A stretch of 38,790 nt of DNA, taken from Candidatus Methylomirabilia bacterium. Lineage in GTDB: Bacteria > Methylomirabilota > Methylomirabilia > Rokubacteriales > CSP1-6. This document shows, piece after piece, positions 1 to 7,211 of this stretch. The stretch covers positions 1 through 38,790 of the forward strand of contig JBHIBG010000017.1 of NCBI GenBank assembly GCA_046758965.1, in the 5' to 3' direction. A program made the translations under genes and the position numbers. The notes beneath the pieces were generated by a model. The model was not told the origin of the DNA. It was given only the letters and a program-made list of their open reading frames with translations, and did no database searches. Position 1 is the stretch's first letter; the number at the start of each line of letters is the position of its first letter.

Positions 1-130
1 CCTGAGGGCCGATGGGCTTCATCGTGCCGGGATGGATGACGGGCGGCAGCGGAGCCGGCAGGTCAGCCTGGATGTTGTACCACCGCTTCGGAATATCCTT
101 CTCGTCCAAGAGGAACTTGCTCGTTGCCAT
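1..130 (-). CDS. trpB2: TrpB2-type (TrpB-like PLP-dependent) tryptophan synthase beta chain, N-terminal part; runs off the window
   Basis: Manual translation from ATG at 130 gives MATSKFLLDEKDIPKRWYNIQADLPAPLPPVIHPGTMKPIGPQ, the characteristic TrpB2 N-terminus (L.E..IP..WYNI.ADLP.PL.P..HPGT..PIGP). AGGAGG RBS at 140-145 on the minus strand. Not in the ORF track. Confidence 0.85.
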   Translation of the reverse strand, partial: MATSKFLLDEKDIPKRWYNIQADLPAPLPPVIHPGTMKPIGPQ

Positions 131-183
131 CGCTCGGCGCCTCCTTTAGGATTGTGGGTGTTTGCCCCGGTTCAGGGCCTGCC

Positions 184-1098
184 TCATCGCGTAGCCTGCT
201 GCGGCAAGCGTTGCGCGAGCCGGGCCTCGTACTCCCGCTGCGCAGCCGCATCCGCGAAGCACTCGGCAGGGATCCGATACGAGCGAAACTGATAGAGGGG
301 CTCGGGATAGACCCGGTCGACGCGAAGCCCGCGCGCCAGGAAGGTCACGCCGCCCTCGCGGGTCCGGTCCAGGATCCTTTCCAGCGGCCCCCGCTCTCCC
401 GAGAGCCCGTCCAGGGGGAGGGGCACCCCGATGATCCGGTGGGGGAAGGAGAACCGACTGCTCTTGGGGGGGAAGAGGCGATCTCCGGGCCGACGCAGCA
501 GCACCGCCTTGTCCAGGACCGGGGGGTAGACGACCAGCGTCCCAGCCTCTCCCGCGACCAGCTCGGCCCGCTCCTCGTCCTCAAATACGGGCGGGCTTAC
601 GCCCGCCACCTCCCCCAGCTCCCCCTCGATGCGCCGGGAGGTGAGGCAGGCCTGGTAGGGGTCGTCAGCCGGTCGAGCGGCGAAGAGGCGGCGAGCGTAC
701 TGGCAGTGGGTTCCCCCCCGCGGCACAGGGCCCTCGCGAGCAGCCCCCACGAGTTGGTGGCGCTCGGAGAGCTGGTGGAAGGTCGCCGGGCTGACGCCGC
801 GGAAGACGCGGCACCATCGGCCCAGAGCCACCTCGGAGCTTCCGATCGCCACGAGCTGGGCCAGAACATGCCGGGCGCCCAGCCGCCTGAGCACGGCGTA
901 GCGGTGGTTTCCGTCCAGGATCAGGCCGCTCTCCCGGGCAACGATGATGGGCCAGGTGAACTCCCCGCTCGTTCTGAGAAGGGCGGCCACCTGCGCTTCA
1001 GTGGCCGGCCGAACCTCCTCGTGCGGCGAGAGTGTATCCAGCCGGATGACGGCCAGGCTGTCGAGGGCCGGCGCCGACTCCGAACGCTCTCGAATCAC
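184..1098 (-). CDS. ParB/Srx-fold protein, SerK/SbnI-like free L-serine kinase
   Basis: LSPHEE...PIIV...ILDGNHRYAVLRRLGA...W and a C-terminal LFPPKSSRFSFP match the SerK pattern (PHEQ, DGHHR, FSPKTTRH) and SbnI. GTG start overlaps the upstream gene's stop. Confidence 0.75.
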   Translation of the reverse strand: MIRERSESAPALDSLAVIRLDTLSPHEEVRPATEAQVAALLRTSGEFTWPIIVARESGLILDGNHRYAVLRRLGARHVLAQLVAIGSSEVALGRWCRVFRGVSPATFHQLSERHQLVGAAREGPVPRGGTHCQYARRLFAARPADDPYQACLTSRRIEGELGEVAGVSPPVFEDEERAELVAGEAGTLVVYPPVLDKAVLLRRPGDRLFPPKSSRFSFPHRIIGVPLPLDGLSGERGPLERILDRTREGGVTFLARGLRVDRVYPEPLYQFRSYRIPAECFADAAAQREYEARLAQRLPQQATR

Positions 1099-2849
1099 CG
1101 TGCCACCACCGGAGGCTTGCCCGTGGTCTTCGTCCGGGCGCGCAGGCTCTGAGTGGCCGCTTCGTCCACCGTCATCGTCCGAGGATCCACGACCACGCCG
1201 TACGCATCGCGGGCCTGGCCGATCGACACGTAGTCGTCAAGCACATCCTCGAGCACCCGCGCAGGCTCCCGCTCCGCCGGGTCGCCGTAGCCGCCGGCGC
1301 CCGGCTGCTGGAAGCTGACGACATCGCCGTAGGCGAGCTCCCGCGACTCCTTGGAATGGACGACCTGCTGGCCGGGGCCGGGGTTGATCAGGGTCCGCCC
1401 CGTGGCCCCGGGCCGGCCGCCGAAGAGCCCGTACGGGGCGAAGCGCTGGCGCTCGGTGAGGTTGGTGAACTTCGCCTCCCTCGCCAGGAACTTCATGTCC
1501 CGCCGGACGCCGCATCCTCCGCGGAAGATCCCGGGCCCGGCCGAATCCTGGATCAGCTCGAAGCGCTCCACGACGATGGGATGGTTGGCCTCCTGGGCCT
1601 CCACCGGGATGTTCGAGGCGTTGAAGGCCGAGGCCAGAGCCTCGCAGCCGTCCTTGCCGGCCCGCGCCCCGGTGCCGGAGAGAACCAGCTCGTAGGCGAC
1701 GAACCGCCGCTGCCGTTTCGGATCGAAGCCGCCGACGGTCGGATTGGCGAACTGCGAGGAGGCCGCGACGACCCGCTCGGGAAGCGCCGGCGCCAGAGCC
1801 CCTATGACCGCCTCGAAGACCCGGTAGCAGATGATGGCGCGTGGGCCGCCCCCGGCGGGCGGCCGCGGGTTGAGGAACGAGCCGAGCGGCGCCTCGATCG
1901 TCACCGGTCGGAGCGCCCCCTCGTTCATCGGGCCGTAGGGGTCGGCGAGGCACTTGACCGCCGCGTAGGAGTAGGAGCGGGTGTAGTTGATGTAGCTGTT
2001 GAGCCCGGAAGGGGTCTGGGGGCTCGAGCCCGTGTAGTCGATCTCGACCCCATCGCCGTTCACGCGAACGGTGACGAAGATCCGGAGCGGGTCCGTGCCA
2101 GGGCCGTAGTCGTCCAGGAAGTCCTCGAAGGGGTACGCCCCGTCAGGGATCTTGCGGATCGCCGCCCGCAGGGCCTCCTCCGTCCGGCTCAGGATCTCCT
2201 CCATCGCCCCAAAGACCGTCTCGGCGCCGTAGCGCGCGACCAGCTCCTGGAGCCTGACCTCGCCCACCCGGAGCGCGCTCCGTTGGGCGCGCAGGTCGCC
2301 GAGCACCTTGTCGGGCGTGCGCGTGTTGGCCGCAATAATGCCGAGAATCCCCTCCTGCTCCCCGTATTCCTGCCAGACCTTGGTGGGCGGGATCCTGAGC
2401 CCCTCCTGGTAGTAGTCGAAGATTCCGACGACGCCCTGGCTCCCCGGGCGCTGGCCGCCGACGTCAGTGTGGTGGACGATGTTGACGACGAAGGCGACCA
2501 GGCGCCCGTCCGAGAAGACCGGCTGCGTGATGAAGAAGTCCGGCAGGTGGCCGGAGCCCAGGAGCGGGTCGTTGAGCAAGATCGCGTCGCCCGGTCGGAG
2601 GGTCTCCACGGGGTGGGAAGCGAGCGCGTTCTTGACAGCGAAGGACATCGCCCCCATGTGGCCCGGGCTATACGGGCCCTGAGCGACCATCCGCGCTCGG
2701 GAGTCGAAGATCGCCACGGAGAAGTCCTGGCCCTCGCGCGCCTGCTCCGAGTACGCCGTCTTGTGGACCGTGGTGCCGATCTCCACGGCGACGGAGTTGA
2801 GCGCCCCCCAGATCACCCCGAGAGTGATGGAATCGAGCCGCTGGCTCAC
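1095..2849 (-). CDS. Hydantoinase B/oxoprolinase family protein
   Basis: 584 aa; TAYS..REGQDFS, LNDP..GSGHLPD, HHTDVGG, QEGLRIPP, DSAGPG.FRGG and GAGGYGDP motifs. Confidence 0.93.
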   Translation of the reverse strand: MSQRLDSITLGVIWGALNSVAVEIGTTVHKTAYSEQAREGQDFSVAIFDSRARMVAQGPYSPGHMGAMSFAVKNALASHPVETLRPGDAILLNDPLLGSGHLPDFFITQPVFSDGRLVAFVVNIVHHTDVGGQRPGSQGVVGIFDYYQEGLRIPPTKVWQEYGEQEGILGIIAANTRTPDKVLGDLRAQRSALRVGEVRLQELVARYGAETVFGAMEEILSRTEEALRAAIRKIPDGAYPFEDFLDDYGPGTDPLRIFVTVRVNGDGVEIDYTGSSPQTPSGLNSYINYTRSYSYAAVKCLADPYGPMNEGALRPVTIEAPLGSFLNPRPPAGGGPRAIICYRVFEAVIGALAPALPERVVAASSQFANPTVGGFDPKRQRRFVAYELVLSGTGARAGKDGCEALASAFNASNIPVEAQEANHPIVVERFELIQDSAGPGIFRGGCGVRRDMKFLAREAKFTNLTERQRFAPYGLFGGRPGATGRTLINPGPGQQVVHSKESRELAYGDVVSFQQPGAGGYGDPAEREPARVLEDVLDDYVSIGQARDAYGVVVDPRTMTVDEAATQSLRARTKTTGKPPVVAR

Positions 2850-4918
2850 GGAGTCGCCTCCACGACGAGGCTTCCGTACTCGTCCACGCGCCCGCGCGCG
2901 CCCGGCGGCAGGACGGTGGTCGACTCGCGCTCCTCGATGATCGCGGGGCCCGCCAGGTGGAGCCCGGGCGAGAGCCGGTAGCGGTCAAACACCGGGCAGT
3001 CGACAAACCCGCCTGTCTCCGGGAAGAACGCGAGGCGCTGACCCCGCACGGCCTCCTCCTGGCCCCTTGCACGCCGCTCGAACTTCGGGAGGGTGAGCCG
3101 CGGTCCGGTGCCCATGGCGGAGAGCTTCCAGGTCACGACCTCAACGGGCTCCCCCGGATTGGCGTAGCCGTAACGGGCCGCGTACGCCTCGTCGAAGGCC
3201 GCGCGGAGCCGGCCCATCTCCGCCTGACCGAGCGGACCGGGCGCCACGCCCACGGTCAGCTCGTAGCCCTGGCCGAGATAGCGGACATCCGCGCTCCGAA
3301 GGACAGCTACCTCGCCCGTCACGCCGGAGTCGCGGATCACCGCCACGGCCTGGGCCTCCATCTCCCGGTAGATCCGGTTCAGGTGCCCCAGATCCCCCTC
3401 GCCGAGCCGGTGGAGGGAGGTGCGAGCCGTCTCGAACCTCACCTCGGCGGCCAGGAGCCCGATCGCCGCGCTGACCCCGGCAGCGGCGGGGAGGATCACC
3501 CGCGGGATCCCGAGGGCCCGCGCCATCCGGCAGCCGTGCAGCGGCCCGGCCCCACCGCAGGCGACCAGGGTCAGGTCGCGCGGATCCCGACCGCGCTCGA
3601 TCGAGACCACCCGGGTGGCCAACTCCATGTTGGAGGTGACGATCTGGTGGATCCCCCAGGCTGCCTCGGCGACGGAGAGACCGAGCGGGCGCGCAACATC
3701 TTCCTCGATCGCCCGCCGGGCGGCATCCGGGTCGAGTCGCATGGCGCCGGCGGCGAAGTCGCCCGGGTTGAGATAGCCTAGCGCGAGGTTCGCGTCGGTG
3801 ACCGTGGGCTTGCTGCCTCCCCGCCCGTAGCAGGCGGGTCCGGGGGTCGCCCCGGCGCTCTCGGGCCCGACGGCGATCACCCCCCGCTCGACCGTTGCGA
3901 TCGAGCCGCCCCCGGCGCCGATCTCGACGAGGTCCAGGGCCTGGATGTTCATCGGAATCCCGCTTCCCGGCGCCAGGTTCACGCGGTGGAGCTCGAAGAG
4001 GTTCGTTGTGAACGGTCGCCCCTTCTCGATCAGCGCGAGCTTGGCGGTGGTGCCGCCCATGTCGAAGGCGATCAGGTCCAGGTAGCCGGCCAGCTCGCCG
4101 TAGACCCCGGCCATCAGCGCGCCCGCAGCCGGCCCCGATTCGATCATCCTGACCGGGTAGTTGTCCATGGCCTCGGCGGTGGCGGTGCCGCCCGAGGACT
4201 GCATGACGAAGAGGCGGCCCCGGTATCCCCGCGCGTTCATCTCGTTCTGGAGCTGCCTCAGGGACTCCGCCAGGGCGTTCATCACGTAGGCGTTGACCAC
4301 GGTGGTGCTGGTCCGCTCGTACTCGCGGAAGGTGGGCGAGACCTCGTGGGAGAGGGTGACGGCGACGTCCGGAGCCTGCTCCCGGATGATCTCGGCGATC
4401 CGGCGCTCGTGAGCAGGGTTGACGTAGCTGTGGAGGAGGCAGACCGCGATCGCCGTGATTCCACGCCCGACCAGCTCCCTCACCACGCGCCGCGTCTCAG
4501 CCTCGTCGAGGGGGATCAGCACCGACCCGTCGAAGAGGATCCGCTCGGGCACCTCGCGAATGAGCCGCCGCGGGATCAGGGGCGCAGGCTTCTCGATCTG
4601 GAGGTCGTAGACCTGATAGCGCTTCTCCCTGCCGATGATCAGGACGTCACGAAACCCCCGCGTCGTAAGCAGGGCGACGCCCCGCCCCTTCCGCTCGATG
4701 ACGATATTGGAGCCGAGGGTGGTGCCGTGCACCGCCTGGGTCAGGCTCGCCCACGGAACGCTCGCCCGGAGCAGGAGCTCCTCCAGCCCGGCCAGGCAGG
4801 CCTCGGAAGGGTCCGGGGAGGTGGTCAGGCGCTTTCCGGTGAGGAGCTCCCCCGCGGGGGTCTGGAGCGCGAAGTCCGTGAACGTTCCGCCCACGTCGAA
4901 CCCGACGCGATACGCCAT
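2846..4918 (-). CDS. Hydantoinase A/oxoprolinase family protein (ATP-binding subunit)
   Basis: Start trimmed to MAYRVGFDVGGTFTD (ATG at 4918, GAGGA RBS). Motifs HGTT, EYERTSTT, ESGPAAG, DMGGTTAK, IGAGGGS, GPACYGRGG, PTVTDA. Confidence 0.93.
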   Translation of the reverse strand: MAYRVGFDVGGTFTDFALQTPAGELLTGKRLTTSPDPSEACLAGLEELLLRASVPWASLTQAVHGTTLGSNIVIERKGRGVALLTTRGFRDVLIIGREKRYQVYDLQIEKPAPLIPRRLIREVPERILFDGSVLIPLDEAETRRVVRELVGRGITAIAVCLLHSYVNPAHERRIAEIIREQAPDVAVTLSHEVSPTFREYERTSTTVVNAYVMNALAESLRQLQNEMNARGYRGRLFVMQSSGGTATAEAMDNYPVRMIESGPAAGALMAGVYGELAGYLDLIAFDMGGTTAKLALIEKGRPFTTNLFELHRVNLAPGSGIPMNIQALDLVEIGAGGGSIATVERGVIAVGPESAGATPGPACYGRGGSKPTVTDANLALGYLNPGDFAAGAMRLDPDAARRAIEEDVARPLGLSVAEAAWGIHQIVTSNMELATRVVSIERGRDPRDLTLVACGGAGPLHGCRMARALGIPRVILPAAAGVSAAIGLLAAEVRFETARTSLHRLGEGDLGHLNRIYREMEAQAVAVIRDSGVTGEVAVLRSADVRYLGQGYELTVGVAPGPLGQAEMGRLRAAFDEAYAARYGYANPGEPVEVVTWKLSAMGTGPRLTLPKFERRARGQEEAVRGQRLAFFPETGGFVDCPVFDRYRLSPGLHLAGPAIIEERESTTVLPPGARGRVDEYGSLVVEATP

Positions 4919-4924
4919 CCTATC

Positions 4925-5050
4925 CTCGGAGGAGGGCTCCGCCCCCCTACACTCGCCTCCGGCTCGCGCTCTCCGCAGCCTCGCCGAGGCGAAGCTGCTT
5001 CGCGTGCCGAACCTCCCCCAGGGGTTGCGCGGGCAAAGCCCGCGCTGGAA
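4925..5050. repeat. Hairpin-rich intergenic REP-like element
   Basis: GC stem-loops such as GGAGGGC-TCC-GCCCCCC and GCGCGGGC-AAA-GCCCGCGC directly upstream of the hydantoinase A start. Confidence 0.45.
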
Positions 5051-5074
5051 CACGCCGAATCAATCGCGGCATGT

Positions 5075-5213
5075 TATTGACCTTTGCATAGGTAATGGAA
5101 CAACGGGACGCCTTTGACCCCCTCACCCTCCCCTCTCCCCCAATGGGGGAGAGGACAAAGGTGAGGGGGAGCAGGAATTGGATGGCATTCCATTACTTAT
5201 GCGAACCTCAATA
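5075..5213. mobile_element. MITE-like element with 26-bp imperfect terminal inverted repeats and an internal REP-like palindrome
   Basis: Left end TATTGACCTTTGCATAGGTAATGGAA (5075-5100). Reverse complement of 5188-5213 is TATTGAGGTTCGCATAAGTAATGGAA (22/26 identical). Internal CCCCCTCACC..CCTCTCCCCCA-A-TGGGGGAGAGG..GGTGAGGGGG hairpin. Confidence 0.75.
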
Positions 5214-5217
5214 GTTT

Positions 5218-5976
5218 CTACCCTCGGCGACCGGAACGGAAGAGGAGCACCTTATAGGGATAGCGCGCGCCGACCTGGTACGTGAGCGCGTGCTCCACCG
5301 GCTCTCCTCCGTCGCTGAAGTACGTCCGCTGGAAGTGGAGCAGCGGGGTGCGCGGGGGGACGTTCAGGAGGGCGGCGACCTCCTTCGACGCGAGGACCAC
5401 ATCCACGACCTGCTCCACGAACTTGATGGGGAGCGCGAGCTTGCGCTCGATGGTAGCCACGACCGAGGTCCTGGTCAGGTCCTCGTCCAGGATGGCGCGC
5501 CCGACGCGTTCGGGCAGGTACGCGGTGACATGCTGAAAGGGGGCGTCGTCAGTCTTCCTGACGCCCGTGATCCGGGCCACGCGTTCGGCTGGCCCGAGCC
5601 GGAGGGCCCGGGCCACGGGGGCAGGGGGCGGAACGATCTCTCGAGCGAGCGGCTTGAACCAGGTCTCGTCCCCGAGGGCGATCATGTCCTCAACCGAGCC
5701 GATGACCCGGAGCTTTCTCGGAAGCGCTCCCATCGGGGAGGTGAATGTCCCCCGACCGAGGTGGCGGAAGAGAAGTCCTTCCTCGACGAGGAGGTCCAGA
5801 GCCTGGCGCACCGTGGGACGGCTGACCCTGAACTCGGCGCAGAGCGCGTGCTCCGAGGGGATCCGACCGCCCTCCTGCCAGGTCGCCTGCTGGATCCGGG
5901 ACCGCAGGACCTCGGCGATCTGGAGGTAGCGGGGGAGCCCAGAGCGGTAGACGAGGACGGCCTCTTTTGTAATGAT
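5218..5976 (-). CDS. GntR family transcriptional regulator, HutC/UTRA subfamily (start codon uncertain)
   Basis: The frame upstream of the listed GTG (5811) encodes the wHTH (PRYLQIAEVLRSRI...IPSEHALCAEFRVSRPTVRQALDLL..EG...GRGTF), followed by a UTRA-like C-terminus. No ATG/GTG/TTG in frame before the TGA near 6007. Confidence 0.85.
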   Translation of the reverse strand: MITKEAVLVYRSGLPRYLQIAEVLRSRIQQATWQEGGRIPSEHALCAEFRVSRPTVRQALDLLVEEGLLFRHLGRGTFTSPMGALPRKLRVIGSVEDMIALGDETWFKPLAREIVPPPAPVARALRLGPAERVARITGVRKTDDAPFQHVTAYLPERVGRAILDEDLTRTSVVATIERKLALPIKFVEQVVDVVLASKEVAALLNVPPRTPLLHFQRTYFSDGGEPVEHALTYQVGARYPYKVLLFRSGRRG

Positions 5977-6010
5977 GTCTATACATAACAGCCCCCGTCC
6001 CCGCTGTCAA
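5975..6010 (-). promoter_or_regulatory. Sigma70-like promoter overlapping a HutC-type GntR operator
   Basis: Minus-strand TTGACA (6005-6010), 17 bp, then TATGTA. The palindrome ATGTATAGACAT (5975-5986) fits the HutC-subfamily GT-N-TA-N-AC consensus. Confidence 0.65.
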
Positions 6011-6223
6011 CCGCGGAACGGGGATGAGAGAAGACGCTCCGTGGGTTCGTTGGCGCGATAAGAGTTCGTTATTGCCCCGATAAACACAATCCGTTTGACC
6101 CTCTCGCTCTCGCACGCGTAGCGTGTTGTCGTCTGCGATCCCCGGACGGCGCCACAACGCGCTGATCCCGACAGCGAGATCGGAGTTTGCGGTGAACGAC
6201 CTGTGCGAAGGGGGGGCGTTCTG

Positions 6224-6424
6224 ATGGCTTTCAGGCCGTCGTCTCTGCTGGCGCGACCTCTGGAGGAGACCCTCGAGGAGCATTGCTGGTGCGGTACGAA
6301 GCTGGGCAGCTCCTCCGAACAGATGATCTGCACCGTGTGCCAGCGGCCCTGCTGCCCGGCGTGCGCGTTCGAGTTGACGTCCGGCACCTACTGCACGCCC
6401 TGCGCCGAGACGAGATCCTGGTAG
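6224..6424 (+). CDS. Small cysteine-rich, putative zinc-finger protein (66 aa)
   Basis: HCWC...CTVC..PCCPAC...YCTPC; G-rich RBS before ATG at 6224. Confidence 0.6.
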   Translation: MAFRPSSLLARPLEETLEEHCWCGTKLGSSSEQMICTVCQRPCCPACAFELTSGTYCTPCAETRSW

Positions 6425-6504
6425 CGGCGGGCGGGGTTGGCTCGCGCGCCCGCCAGCTCGCTCGTTCGGCCCACTCTCCACCATGAAACAGGGGCGATGA
6501 ACGG

Positions 6505-7035
6505 ATGAGAGATCGTGTCGCGCTGTCGGTCATCGGGCTGATGTCGTCCCTGGTCATCCTGGCAGTGGGGTTCCTGCTGCTCGGCCGTCAGACAGAGATC
6601 GGCGCCGGGCCCGATCTCTCAGCCTTGCCGGTCGTCAATGCCTTGCTGAATGGGACCAGCGCCGTGCTTCTCACGGCCGGGTACGTCTGTATTCGGCGGA
6701 GGAAGGCGACGGCTCACAAGACCTGCATGGTGACGGCCTTCGGCGTCTCGATTCTCTTCCTGGTCTCGTACGTCATCTACCACTACCAAGTCGGCTCGAA
6801 GCCCTTCGCGGGGCAGGGGTGGATTCGAGGTGTCTACTTCCCCCTGCTCATCTCGCACATCGGCCTCGCTGCCCTGATCGTTCCGTTCGCGCTGACGACG
6901 ATCTACCGCGCATGGCGAGGGCAGTTTGCTCGGCACATGCGGATTGCTCGCTGGACCCTTCCGCTATGGCTGTACGTGTCGGTCACGGGCGTCATTGTCT
7001 ACTGGATGCTCTATCATCTCGCGCCCCGGCCGTGA
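6505..7035 (+). CDS. DUF420 family membrane protein (CtaM/YozB-like)
   Basis: LP.VNA.LNGTSA, HK.CM.TAF, FLVSYV.YH, LISHI.LAA, H.RIARWT.PLWLYVSVTGV.VY motifs; multiple TM helices. Confidence 0.9.
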   Translation: MRDRVALSVIGLMSSLVILAVGFLLLGRQTEIGAGPDLSALPVVNALLNGTSAVLLTAGYVCIRRRKATAHKTCMVTAFGVSILFLVSYVIYHYQVGSKPFAGQGWIRGVYFPLLISHIGLAALIVPFALTTIYRAWRGQFARHMRIARWTLPLWLYVSVTGVIVYWMLYHLAPRP

Positions 7036-7211
7036 CGCCCGGCGAGTTCATCCGGGAGCTCCGGGCAGAGGTCGAGACCCACCTCGCCGTGACCCACCCC
7101 TTCCTGAAGCGCTTCGCGGCCGGCGGCGCGCGCGACGGCAATCCACCCCTACTTGCACGGCAGGAACCGGACCGTTGTCTCCATCTCGCGCAGGACGTAG
7201 GCGAGCGCTGA
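7032..7211 (+). pseudogene. Truncated N-terminus of a heme-oxygenase-like/TenA-PqqC (iron-containing redox enzyme) gene
   Basis: GTG overlapping the DUF420 stop encodes MTPGEFIRELRAEVETHLAVTHPFLKRFAAGG, then runs into the 3' end of the convergent gene. Confidence 0.45.

Noticed and set aside
184..1098. Plasmid/chromosome partitioning ParB
   Set aside because: No HTH or dimerisation domain and no parA; the C-terminus matches SerK/SbnI instead.
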